Source: an uncultured bacterium (GTDB lineage: Bacteria; Fidelibacterota; Marinisomatia; Marinisomatales; TCS55). Taken from it: a stretch of DNA of 64,000 bases. Below the pieces are notes generated by a model. The model searched no databases, had not been told where the DNA came from, and saw nothing but the letters and a program-made list of their open reading frames with translations. Below, piece by piece: positions 40,366-50,345 of this stretch (within the stretch, counting starts at the first letter, position 1; the number at the start of each line of letters is the position of its first letter). The translations under genes were made by a program, and so were the position numbers. The DNA lies in NCBI GenBank assembly GCA_964491015.1, contig CAZBEY010000001.1:66119-130118 (forward strand), read 5' to 3'.

Positions 40366-41807
40366 GTAGTAATTCTTGTAATTGAATATTTTTCCCAATA
40401 ACTATAACCAAAAAGAAATATGACAAATAGAATTAATCCCTTTGTAAAAAACAGAATAGTGAAGTTTGAACTAAAAAATCCAAAAGTAAATGCCGGTACA
40501 CTAATTGACATTGATAATAAGTAAAGTAAATTTTTATTATAATTTGAAATCTGCAATATTTTCCATTGGAAAAGATGAGCAATTATGCCAAAAATAAATG
40601 TAGAAATAATTGTACCATACCAACCAAAATCACTCCAGTAGTTACCAAGATAATTTGCATTCGCCGATCCAGTTGTATCTGGTATTTTCCACCATAATTT
40701 TGCTATATAATTGGAGACAGGAAAAGTTCCTTCAGAAAACATCCATGAGAATAATTGTGTAGACCTACCCATAAGAAATTCGTGTGTTTCAGGGAAGTAT
40801 TGGAAATAATAATATAAAACTTCGGCGGGAGTAACAAATAATCGGTTAATATATGACCATAGTATTACATCAAAAACATCCGCCCTGTCTATAAATAAAA
40901 AATATGAAATAAGAAGAGGTCCGGCGAGTGTTATAAAAATTAAGGTAAATATTAAGCTTGGTTTTACTTTTTCTCGTTTTAAAAATATATAAGCAGCAAT
41001 CGATAAAAATAATGACGCTATCGGTGATTTTTCTAATGTTAACGTATTTATAATTAATCCAAATACAAAGAAAGATATAAAAAGAAATTTATATTTTTGT
41101 TTCCGATAAGATGAAAAAAGAAAAAGTGAACCAATAATCCCAAATGGAATAAATAGGGAACGTAGCCAATGGAATAAATATCTTTCGATTTTTGTCATTT
41201 GTAATATTTTTAATGCATCTTCACGCATATAAAAGAATTTAGTACTGTTACCCGGATTTTTTAATAATTCAAAAAGAGGTATTTCATTTACACGTAGTAA
41301 ATACCCCAAAAATATTAAAATGCTAATTGAAAAAATAACAACAATAATTTCATAAAAAACATTATCATTTTCTACATTTTCAATTTCTCCCTTTAAAATT
41401 CTCCACATTCTATTTAAATCAATTCGTCTATATAATTGACCAACAAATAATCCCGCTGGGAATAGGAAATAAAATAACAGGATTGAGTAAAAATATGCTG
41501 ATTCGTTAGGATGGTCACGGATCATTAACACATAAATCGATGGGATTGAAATAAATACAGTAAATGTTACAACTATTGTGGAAGGAATAGATGCAATTCG
41601 AATTCCCGAAAATCCATAAACCAATCGATGTTTATAGGTTATAAGTATATAAGCAAAAATTGCGATACATAATAATGAAGATTCAAAAAGCCATTCATCC
41701 GGCATCCACATAAGAACTAATAAAAGAAACAAAGGAATAAGAATTATTAATGCACGATCAATATTCCAGTCATTTTGCCGAAGATCAGCAGCTAATTTAT
41801 TTTCCAT
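40362..41807 (-). CDS. Polysaccharide polymerase (Wzy-like) membrane protein
   Basis: 481 aa, polytopic and very AT-rich, with no recognisable soluble domain. It lies between the co-polymerase and flippase genes. Confidence 0.5.
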   Translation of the reverse strand: MENKLAADLRQNDWNIDRALIILIPLFLLLVLMWMPDEWLFESSLLCIAIFAYILITYKHRLVYGFSGIRIASIPSTIVVTFTVFISIPSIYVLMIRDHPNESAYFYSILLFYFLFPAGLFVGQLYRRIDLNRMWRILKGEIENVENDNVFYEIIVVIFSISILIFLGYLLRVNEIPLFELLKNPGNSTKFFYMREDALKILQMTKIERYLFHWLRSLFIPFGIIGSLFLFSSYRKQKYKFLFISFFVFGLIINTLTLEKSPIASLFLSIAAYIFLKREKVKPSLIFTLIFITLAGPLLISYFLFIDRADVFDVILWSYINRLFVTPAEVLYYYFQYFPETHEFLMGRSTQLFSWMFSEGTFPVSNYIAKLWWKIPDTTGSANANYLGNYWSDFGWYGTIISTFIFGIIAHLFQWKILQISNYNKNLLYLLSMSISVPAFTFGFFSSNFTILFFTKGLILFVIFLFGYSYWEKYSITRITT

Positions 41808-41822
41808 TACTAGAGATGGCTA

Positions 41823-43217
41823 TTATTTAATAGTCTTGGTAGATATTTGCCATCGCGTTCGGAAATAAACGTAGTACATTGAAAATATTGTCGAAAGAAC
41901 AAACCCTATTAGTACAATTTTGGAACGAACCGGTTTATACTTCAATATTGGCAGTAATGCATAATCTAACACCTGGATAGTAGGTGTATCTTTCGCTTCC
42001 TGAATTTTAGCTTCTTCATATTGTTGAGTTAAAAATATATATAGTGTATTCTGCACATCTACATCACGCAATAGTCGCCCCAATTCCAGCCCTAAGTCAG
42101 GAACTTCTGAAAATCCGGGTATCATTGTAATTTCTTCTCTACTGGTATCCAACTCTTCTAATTGAGCATTTAACCCTGCCAGTTCTGTCTCTAATAATGT
42201 AACTTCTGTTTCTAATAATTTTATTTCAGGGTGACCCGTGGGTAATGTTTCTTTCAATATTTTTAATTTAACTTTGCCAACAGAGACTTTGACTTTACTG
42301 ATTGCAATTTGAGATACTAATTCTGTGGCTACTTGCATCATTGCGGTTGTTTGTTCAGAAAGAGCCACTGTATTATTTTCTTCCTGAAATGCCTTTAGTT
42401 TTTCTTCAGATTTTGATAAATCACTAATATTCTTATAATAACGTTTTTCAATAAATTCACGTTGCCGGGTTGTTTTTTCAGATTTGAATTTTTTATTGAC
42501 TTCATCTAGTTTTGCTACGAAGATATTGGTGATATCTCTGGAAAGTACCCTGCAATAATCCTCATCCTTTTGAGGGTGAAACCAGCCTGTTTTGATATCG
42601 GTTGTAACCCTTATTGTACCCTCTTCATCTATTTCAAAGTTCGTGTCTTCTTTCAGTCTTTCTAATGCTTTTTCACTGTTTTTAACATCATAGAATTCAA
42701 TCAAATTGAATTTTTCAATAATACTATCCATAATGGTTCTGCTTTTTAGAATAGCGATAAAAGTGTTTGCATTACCATCGCCAAACGGCATCATATTTTG
42801 TAATGGAAAAAGATTTGCATTATTTAGTAGCAAACTACTATCAAAGCTTGACGATGGGGGCATGATAGAGGACGTGGCTCGAAATGTTTTCGGTAATATA
42901 AGAGCAAGGATAATTGATAAGGTACTTACAACGATTACATTTCGGATTATTTCTTTTCTTGAAGACCAAATAATCTTTCCGATACGAAAAAAATCAATAT
43001 CATCAAAATCAGACTCAGGATGGGAAATATTTTCCTCTTCAGGATTGGGTAAGACGCCATATTTTTTCAAATCTCCAATTCGATTCCGGAGTGTTTTTTC
43101 TGACAGTTCATGTTCCTCTGCAACGGATTTACGTTTTTCAGGATTATTGATTATATCAGGATTTTCTTTTACCATATTTAATATTTTTTGCTCGTGGGGA
43201 GTTAGTTTAATCATCAT
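41823..43217 (-). CDS. Polysaccharide co-polymerase (Wzz/GumC-like chain-length determinant) with an N-terminal HTH-like extension and no kinase domain
   Basis: 464 aa. The order is TM1 (VIVVSTLSIILALIL), a long coiled-coil periplasmic region, then a C-terminal TM helix. Residues 1-60 look like a winged-helix module (LTPHEQKILNMVKENP...LSEKTLRNRIGDLKKYGVL). The start overlaps the wza stop as TAATG. Confidence 0.7.
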   Translation of the reverse strand: MMIKLTPHEQKILNMVKENPDIINNPEKRKSVAEEHELSEKTLRNRIGDLKKYGVLPNPEEENISHPESDFDDIDFFRIGKIIWSSRKEIIRNVIVVSTLSIILALILPKTFRATSSIMPPSSSFDSSLLLNNANLFPLQNMMPFGDGNANTFIAILKSRTIMDSIIEKFNLIEFYDVKNSEKALERLKEDTNFEIDEEGTIRVTTDIKTGWFHPQKDEDYCRVLSRDITNIFVAKLDEVNKKFKSEKTTRQREFIEKRYYKNISDLSKSEEKLKAFQEENNTVALSEQTTAMMQVATELVSQIAISKVKVSVGKVKLKILKETLPTGHPEIKLLETEVTLLETELAGLNAQLEELDTSREEITMIPGFSEVPDLGLELGRLLRDVDVQNTLYIFLTQQYEEAKIQEAKDTPTIQVLDYALLPILKYKPVRSKIVLIGFVLSTIFSMYYVYFRTRWQISTKTIK

Positions 43218-44254
43218 TAACCTGTTATTGCTGCTTTATACGTTAAATAGAGCGTTGCAATTGCTGTTGCAGTTTGAAGAAGACTAATATTTCCAAAGAA
43301 TCGACTCCGGAAGCTTTCAGGGACAAAAACTACATCACCGGGTTCTACATATTCATCAAAAGCATCTTGAATTTCCGAACCATCAGCTCTATAAATAACG
43401 GTATTCCTTTCGTTTCCAATATTCAATACGCCACCCACCATTGCAATATAATCACTTGCCTTATAGCCTGGAACATATGAAAATCCCCTTGGGCGTCGTA
43501 CGAATCCGTGAACAATGATTTGACTTGTTTTATATTCTGTAAAATTAGTGTCTTCCGATTTCTTGGATTCAATGAATGGGATAATAATTTTATCTCCTGC
43601 CATCAAGGTAGGGTTTTGAGATAAATCGCCATGTAATAAAAAATCTTTTGGATTTAGTTTTTGTTTTACACCATCCCGTTCTAGAAATATAATTTCATTA
43701 CTACCATATTTTTGAACACCTTTCGTTTTTTTTATACCATCCATCACACGACTTATAGGAGTCATAACAACATAACCCGGATACTCAACTGCTCCTAAAA
43801 CTTGTATTTTAAACGTTCTAATTGAAGCCAATCGAACGGTTGTTTTTATTTTTTTATATGAACTTGAATATGATGCTAATCTGATTTCATCGCTGATTTG
43901 CTTATATGTTTTTCCTTTGGTATCAAACTCCCCAATTGAAGGTAATGACAACTCACCCGCCGGACCGATAAACTCATAATACTCTATTGTTTCTGCATTA
44001 AATAAATCGTATTCATGTCCCGGAAACAATTTATTTTCCATTGAAGACACGACGACATGCAATTGATCTCCGGGTCCAAGTAAATATTTATCAGGATCAA
44101 TTTCACCTTCTAAAGGAATGGCCGGTTTAGACATATCGTTATACAATGGTTGATTACCTCCTATAACACTAGGTAAGGATTCGGTTTCCTCTTGCTGAGC
44201 TGAAATAATCGATAGGAAAATGATTGAAATGAATAATTTCATTAAATGATTCAT
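43217..44254 (-). CDS. Polysaccharide export protein (Wza-like, Poly_export + SLBB domains)
   Basis: 345 aa with a signal peptide and the motifs YLLGPGDQL, VLGAVEYPG and GDVVFVP. Confidence 0.8.
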   Translation of the reverse strand: MNHLMKLFISIIFLSIISAQQEETESLPSVIGGNQPLYNDMSKPAIPLEGEIDPDKYLLGPGDQLHVVVSSMENKLFPGHEYDLFNAETIEYYEFIGPAGELSLPSIGEFDTKGKTYKQISDEIRLASYSSSYKKIKTTVRLASIRTFKIQVLGAVEYPGYVVMTPISRVMDGIKKTKGVQKYGSNEIIFLERDGVKQKLNPKDFLLHGDLSQNPTLMAGDKIIIPFIESKKSEDTNFTEYKTSQIIVHGFVRRPRGFSYVPGYKASDYIAMVGGVLNIGNERNTVIYRADGSEIQDAFDEYVEPGDVVFVPESFRSRFFGNISLLQTATAIATLYLTYKAAITG

Positions 44255-44261
44255 GGTAAAT

Positions 44262-45323
44262 TTATAAAACTCCTAATCTTTCTTGTTGATAAGAATTATT
44301 CTGAATATTTTTCCACCATTCTTGATTATCCAAGTACCACTTGATGGTTTTTCTAATTCCGCTTTCAAATGTTTCCCTGGGTGACCAGTTTAATTCACGA
44401 GTCAATTTGGATGAATCGATAGCATATCGAAAATCATGCCCAGGTCGGTCGGTAACGAATTGTATTAATTCCATGTATGATTTTCCGTTGAGCGAGGGTG
44501 ATATTTCATCCAGGATGGCACAAATAGTTTTGACAATTTCAATATTCTGAATTTCATTATTGCCTCCCACATTATACGTCTCGCCTACACTTCCCTTTTC
44601 AATGATTGTATTAATAGCATCACAGTGATCTCCAACGAACAACCAATCGCGAATATTCTTTCCCGATCCATAGACAGGTAATTGTTTATTCGCCAAACAG
44701 TTTAATATCATCAGGGGAATTAATTTTTCCGGGAATTGAAAAGGACCGTAATTATTCGAACAATTTGAAACAATAACCGGTAAACCGTAAGTTCGATGCC
44801 ACGCTCTGACTAAATGATCAGAGGATGCTTTCGAGGCAGAATAGGGTGAACTGGGGTCGTAGGGAGTATCCTCTCTGAATAAACCTTTATGGCCCAAACT
44901 GCCAAATACTTCATCCGTTGATACGTGATGAAACCTAAAAGATGATGCCATAACCCCATCCAGTGATTTGTAATAAATTAACGCCTCCTGAAGTAAGACT
45001 GAAGTACCGACGATATTTGTCTGAATAAATTCAGCAGGGCCATCAATGGATCTATCTACATGGCTCTCTGCAGCGAAATTCACGACCACGTTGGGTTTAT
45101 ATTTGCTAAAGATTCCATTTACTAATTCTTGATCACAAATGTCTCCGTGAACGAAAGAATATCTATCGTCATTTTTATAATTTACTAGATTATTTGGATT
45201 TCCAGCGTAGGTCAGTTTATCAAGATTAACAACCTTATTGTTTTTATCTTTATTGAGGAGAAAGTGAACAAAATTTGCTCCAATAAATCCGCAGCCGCCC
45301 GTAACGAAAAATGTCTTATTCAT
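44262..45323 (-). CDS. rfbB: dTDP-glucose 4,6-dehydratase
   Basis: 353 aa with a Rossmann motif ([12 protein letters not shown]), the YSASKASSD catalytic motif and [12 protein letters not shown]. Confidence 0.9.
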   Translation of the reverse strand: MNKTFFVTGGCGFIGANFVHFLLNKDKNNKVVNLDKLTYAGNPNNLVNYKNDDRYSFVHGDICDQELVNGIFSKYKPNVVVNFAAESHVDRSIDGPAEFIQTNIVGTSVLLQEALIYYKSLDGVMASSFRFHHVSTDEVFGSLGHKGLFREDTPYDPSSPYSASKASSDHLVRAWHRTYGLPVIVSNCSNNYGPFQFPEKLIPLMILNCLANKQLPVYGSGKNIRDWLFVGDHCDAINTIIEKGSVGETYNVGGNNEIQNIEIVKTICAILDEISPSLNGKSYMELIQFVTDRPGHDFRYAIDSSKLTRELNWSPRETFESGIRKTIKWYLDNQEWWKNIQNNSYQQERLGVL

Positions 45324-45325
45324 AG

Positions 45326-45883
45326 CTATACAGAAAATTCCGGTAATAGAGATTCATTTTGGTCAGCTAACAATGGAAATCTTTTATCTCTTTTTGATAA
45401 TTTTGGTAATTGAACCGGCCAATTTATTTCAAATGATTTATCGTTCCATCGGATACCGTATTCGTCTTCAGGATGATATATTTCCGTACATTTATATTGG
45501 AAAGTAGCTTCCTCTGATACCACACAAAATCCATGAGCAAATCCCGGAGGGATATAAATCTCATAATGATCCTTGTCGTTTAACATCATTGAAAATGATT
45601 TACCAAATGTAGGGGATCCTTTTCGAATATCCACCGCAACGTCGAATACTTCTCCGAGAGTACATCTAACTAATTTACCTTGCCCGAATTTTAACTGATA
45701 ATGCAATCCCCGTAATACACCTTGGACTGATTTTGATTGATTATCCTGAACAAAATCATGAATTATCCCGGCATTATGCAATGTTTCAGACCGAAAACTT
45801 TCGAAAAAATAACCTCTCTCATCCCCAAACACACGGGGTTCAACAATCAACAATCCGGGAAATTCTGTCTTTTTAATTTCCAC
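45326..45883 (-). CDS. rfbC: dTDP-4-dehydrorhamnose 3,5-epimerase
   Basis: 185 aa containing [18 protein letters not shown] and PPGFAHGF. Confidence 0.9.
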   Translation of the reverse strand: MEIKKTEFPGLLIVEPRVFGDERGYFFESFRSETLHNAGIIHDFVQDNQSKSVQGVLRGLHYQLKFGQGKLVRCTLGEVFDVAVDIRKGSPTFGKSFSMMLNDKDHYEIYIPPGFAHGFCVVSEEATFQYKCTEIYHPEDEYGIRWNDKSFEINWPVQLPKLSKRDKRFPLLADQNESLLPEFSV

Positions 45884-45885
45884 GA

Positions 45886-47193
45886 TTATTTTCGGCCTAC
45901 ATTATCGAATTTAAAGCCAAGAATTTGTAAATCTTTGGCCCTGAGAATATTTCTGCAATCAAGTATCACGGGCGATTTCACCAACTCTTTCAATCTTTTT
46001 AGATCGAGACCTCTAAATTCGTTCCATTCCGTCATAATGGCAACGCAATCGACATCCGACACCGCATCTTCCCAAGAATCATATACGTTTAAATTGTCAA
46101 ATCGTTTTTTCATATTTTCATTTGATTCCGGATCATAGGCATTCACTATTGCACCGTTTTTTAATAAAACGTCTATCATATCAATCGCAGGTGATTCTCT
46201 GATATCATCTGTTTGTGCCTTAAATGCCAATCCAAGTATGGCAATTTTCTTATTGGCAACATTATTTTCCATTAAGGTCATTAATTTCACTACCATCAGC
46301 TCTTTTTGAGATTGGTTTGCTTCAACTGCCCCGGTGATTACTTTTAATTCTATTCCTAATTCGTCCGCTGTTGAAATAAGTGCTTTTGTATCTTTTGGAA
46401 AACATGACCCACCGTAGCCTGGCCCAGGATGTAGAAATTTCGGGCTAATTCTTCCGTCAATTCCCATGGCTTTTGAAACGATATGAACGTCGGCTCCAAT
46501 TTTATCGCAGATATTAGCAATTTCGTTAATGTAACTTATTTTTACAGCTAAAAATGCATTACTTGAATATTTAATCAGTTCAGCTGTTTGAATAGTTGTT
46601 TCAATGATTGGTGTTTCATTAATGTATAATGGTCTATATACTTCTTTCATAATATTGATTGCTTTTTGATTTGAAGCGCCAATAATAACCCTGTCCGGCC
46701 ACAGAAAATCTTTTACTGCAGATCCCTCCCGTAAAAATTCAGGATTCGAAATATAATCAAATTTGATTTCAGATTTAGAATATTTACTAATCTCTTCCAT
46801 GATTTTTAATCCCGTCCCTATTGGGACTGTGCTTTTTGTGCAGATTACTTTATACCCATTTAAGTTTTCTCCGATTGCCCGGGCGACTTTAAATATTGCA
46901 TCCAAATTTGATGAGCCATTTTCACCCTCCGGTGTGCCGACAGCAATAAATATGACGTCAGATTCCTCGATTGAATCGTCAATGTTACCAGAAAAGGATA
47001 ATCGGCCGGATAATACATTTCTCTGAACAATTTCCTTAAGCCCGGGTTCATAAATCGGTATATCACCATGATTTAGTTGATTTATCTTATTAATATTAAT
47101 ATCCGCACAAACAACGGTATTACCAAAATCAGATAAACCAGCTCCGCTTACCAGGCCGACATATCCGGTTCCTATCACTGCTATTTTCTTCAT
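45886..47193 (-). CDS. ugd: UDP-glucose 6-dehydrogenase
   Basis: 435 aa containing IAVIGTGYVGLVSG and the catalytic region GGSCFPKD. Confidence 0.9.
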   Translation of the reverse strand: MKKIAVIGTGYVGLVSGAGLSDFGNTVVCADININKINQLNHGDIPIYEPGLKEIVQRNVLSGRLSFSGNIDDSIEESDVIFIAVGTPEGENGSSNLDAIFKVARAIGENLNGYKVICTKSTVPIGTGLKIMEEISKYSKSEIKFDYISNPEFLREGSAVKDFLWPDRVIIGASNQKAINIMKEVYRPLYINETPIIETTIQTAELIKYSSNAFLAVKISYINEIANICDKIGADVHIVSKAMGIDGRISPKFLHPGPGYGGSCFPKDTKALISTADELGIELKVITGAVEANQSQKELMVVKLMTLMENNVANKKIAILGLAFKAQTDDIRESPAIDMIDVLLKNGAIVNAYDPESNENMKKRFDNLNVYDSWEDAVSDVDCVAIMTEWNEFRGLDLKRLKELVKSPVILDCRNILRAKDLQILGFKFDNVGRK

Positions 47194-47252
47194 TATTGCT
47201 TTCTATTTACTTTCTAAACTACGTATTTACTGACGGAAACAAAAATATAATA

Positions 47253-49355
47253 TCATGTTAATCCAATAAATCTCCGAATATACCATTCAATAGATAATAA
47301 AATAATTATAATAAATATCATTATATAGCTCTCTTGAAATTCGGCCGTTTTTAAAACCAACTCACTCTTAACATTATCGTTAATATATTGCATTATATCA
47401 GCCCGGGATTCCCAGGATAGGTATTTTCCATTTGTCTGATGAGATATGGAAGTTAAATAAGAACTATTTACCGATACATTATTCAATTCAATTTGACTTT
47501 CATCAATAACAAAACGACCTTTTTGCTCGAAAGAATTTTCATGAATATCCATATGGATAGAGTACGAATAGTTCCCAGCCTTTCCCGCAATAAATCTCTT
47601 TTCCCATCGCTTGTCTACAGGATTATAATTCAATTCAAAGGACCTGACGACTTTATCATCCTGGTTCAAATTGATATATCCAACTGTTTGACCAATATCA
47701 TTCTCATTAAATTCCGCATGTGTACCGGAAACATAAATTTCCTCTCCTTGCTGATACACATTTTTATTTAGACGAAAATATAGTTCATTCTCTCCTGATG
47801 TTCTCAAAAGCCAGCCATACATATTATCCATCAAATCCATGCTATAATCTGCAGATTCTGACTCTGTCAATTTATAATATAACATTGAAAATTCGGATGC
47901 TGTCCACATAGCTGATCTTAACCCATCCTTATCGCTTATTAACAGCATTGGTGAAACATTATTTTCATAAGAAGCCAGTATTCTTGTATTTTCATCAGGT
48001 TCTACTGTGAGTTTAGGTGTCAATGGCGGTAATGATGGCTCATAATTTTCTGATGGATTAAAAGGATAAAGATCCATTGGTTTATTATTAATATTTTCCA
48101 CCCAATACCAATTCATTTTACCGGTTTCTTTGGGAGAGGATTGTGAATTATGCACATGTAAAAACGGGTAAAGTGATTCAGCTGCTTTAGGGGTAATATT
48201 TGGACCGGCGAAATAAAATAGAGATGACTTGCCGGCGATTAGTTTTTTAGCAAAAATTTTCTGCCATCGGTTAGAAACCGGATTTAAAGGAAAATTATCA
48301 AAAATAATTAATTCATACGGTTTGGACCAAAATTCTGACAAAGTAGGAGTAAACGAATTTCCTATTTGGATATAATGATCCAGAGAGGCTCTTGGAAAAG
48401 CATTTATTGATTTTTTTATTGGACCTGTATTAAAGTTTGGAGCGCCGGTAATTAATGCAATATTATATCGATCTTTTAAAATGGCAACTTCAAATGGTAA
48501 TTGATTGTTTCTAATATTTATTTCGTCTTTCAAGACTGATGCCTTTATTAAGTACTTATTAATACCTAACGTACCGGATGAAACTCTAAACTTTGCCGTT
48601 GAAAGAGAACCGCCTCCTGATAGACGGAAATATTTGGAGCCAATTAACTTTGATTTATTATAAAGCAATACGTTAATGCGCTCATTAACGACTCCCTGTG
48701 CCATAATCGTCGCATTAATATCCATTTCCTCCCCTTTTATAGCAATCGTCGGAGCTGAAATGGATTGGACGGCAATATCGACCATTGGGATTGTATCTCC
48801 CACACCAATTGTATAAATAGGTGATCTGATTTTCTCTAATTGATTTTGATCAATATTCCCTTTGGTTACCTGTCCATCAGAAATAATGATTGCACCTATC
48901 ATGTCCTCCTGCATTTCAGATATATGTAAAAAAATATTGCTTATATCTGTGACGGCTCCATTCGTTTCAATTGGTTGTCCATCGTATTCTTGAATCGTTT
49001 GATCAAATGTGAAAATCTCTGCATCACTATCAATTTCACGAATTGACCTAACCATTTTTTGTATTTCATCTAAAAATAATTTAGGGGACAAAGATTGGTG
49101 ATACGCCATACTAACAGATTTATCGATATAAACATTCCAATGCATGGGATGTTGAATACTTTTATTCCAGGAGACTTTTGGCTGCAGCAACAAAAACAAA
49201 ACAATAATTAATGCGAATAGCCTAAATATATAAATGATAGATAATTTTCGATTATTTTTGATCGCCAGATATATAGAAATGATTACTGTTATGGCGCCAA
49301 ACAATAAACTCCAGAACCAACCATCGAAGTCATTTACTAATTGTATTGACATCAA
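47253..49355 (-). CDS. vWA-domain membrane protein (BatA-like double-TM N-terminus, C-terminal TM anchor)
   Basis: 700 aa. Two N-terminal TM helices are followed by a MIDAS-like DxSxS (YIDKSVSM). The C-terminal helix ends in EWYIRRFIGL. Confidence 0.6.
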   Translation of the reverse strand: MMSIQLVNDFDGWFWSLLFGAITVIISIYLAIKNNRKLSIIYIFRLFALIIVLFLLLQPKVSWNKSIQHPMHWNVYIDKSVSMAYHQSLSPKLFLDEIQKMVRSIREIDSDAEIFTFDQTIQEYDGQPIETNGAVTDISNIFLHISEMQEDMIGAIIISDGQVTKGNIDQNQLEKIRSPIYTIGVGDTIPMVDIAVQSISAPTIAIKGEEMDINATIMAQGVVNERINVLLYNKSKLIGSKYFRLSGGGSLSTAKFRVSSGTLGINKYLIKASVLKDEINIRNNQLPFEVAILKDRYNIALITGAPNFNTGPIKKSINAFPRASLDHYIQIGNSFTPTLSEFWSKPYELIIFDNFPLNPVSNRWQKIFAKKLIAGKSSLFYFAGPNITPKAAESLYPFLHVHNSQSSPKETGKMNWYWVENINNKPMDLYPFNPSENYEPSLPPLTPKLTVEPDENTRILASYENNVSPMLLISDKDGLRSAMWTASEFSMLYYKLTESESADYSMDLMDNMYGWLLRTSGENELYFRLNKNVYQQGEEIYVSGTHAEFNENDIGQTVGYINLNQDDKVVRSFELNYNPVDKRWEKRFIAGKAGNYSYSIHMDIHENSFEQKGRFVIDESQIELNNVSVNSSYLTSISHQTNGKYLSWESRADIMQYINDNVKSELVLKTAEFQESYIMIFIIIILLSIEWYIRRFIGLT

Positions 49356-50345
49356 TCAGGCTAATTTCAAATTCGGATCAATATCGAAATCCATGGCAGA
49401 AGAAACGCCTTGAGTTAAATAAAGTTCACCCAAATAAGCAATCATTGCACCGTTGTCAGTACACAAGGATACATCAGGATATAAAACACGAATATCTTTT
49501 AATGAATCATTCATGGTATTTCGTAATGATTTATTGGCGGCAACGCCACCGGCTATGACGCATGTTTTTACGTCTGTATTGACAACTGCTTGTTTTAGTT
49601 TACTAACCAGTACATCGACAATTGCTTGTTGATAACTGGCTGAAATATCTGGTTTTGTGATGGATTTATTTTCTCTATAAGAATCCATATAGTACAACAG
49701 GGCAGTTTTTAACCCACTAAAGCTGAATTCAATATTTTTTTCATTAATAAATGCACGGGGAAAATGGACAGCTTCTTGATTTCCTCCCTTGGCGCATTCT
49801 TCAATTTCAGGTCCACCCGGGTACCCTAAACCCAATATGCGGGCACCTTTATCAAATGCCTCCCCGGCGGCATCATCTCTACTTGAGCCTAAGAGTGTAT
49901 AATGACCCAATTTTTTCACTAACCACAACTGTGTATGTCCGCCGGATACCAATAAACAAACAAACGGAAATTGTAAATCAGGATCTGCTAAAAAATTGGC
50001 GAAAATATGGGCTTCCAGATGATTAATCCCTATAATCGGTTTTGTTAAACCTTGGGCGAATCCTTTTGAAAAACATACACCGGATAAGAGGGTACCTGCA
50101 AGTCCCGGCCCTCTGGTGACAGCGACACCTTCAATATCTGTTTTTAAAATACCTGCTTTTTGAATTGCTTTGTTGACGATAGAGTTTAGGAGCAACTCGT
50201 GCTCTCGAGATGCGAGTTCGGGAACAACCCCTCCAAATTCTGAATGAATGAGTTGTGAACTGACTATTGAAGATAATATATTACCTTCAGAACATATAGC
50301 AGCAGCGGTCTCATCGCAAGACGTCTCAACGCCTAAAACAATCAA
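49356..50345 (-). CDS. tsaD: tRNA N6-adenosine threonylcarbamoyltransferase
   Basis: 329 aa containing ILGVETSCDETAAAI, HLEAH and VSGGHT. Confidence 0.95.
   Translation of the reverse strand: MIVLGVETSCDETAAAICSEGNILSSIVSSQLIHSEFGGVVPELASREHELLLNSIVNKAIQKAGILKTDIEGVAVTRGPGLAGTLLSGVCFSKGFAQGLTKPIIGINHLEAHIFANFLADPDLQFPFVCLLVSGGHTQLWLVKKLGHYTLLGSSRDDAAGEAFDKGARILGLGYPGGPEIEECAKGGNQEAVHFPRAFINEKNIEFSFSGLKTALLYYMDSYRENKSITKPDISASYQQAIVDVLVSKLKQAVVNTDVKTCVIAGGVAANKSLRNTMNDSLKDIRVLYPDVSLCTDNGAMIAYLGELYLTQGVSSAMDFDIDPNLKLA

Noticed and set aside
42706-43287. A 193-aa plus-strand ORF antisense to the co-polymerase gene
   Set aside because: It is a low-complexity Ser/Ile/Phe-rich shadow of an AT-rich coiled-coil-encoding gene.
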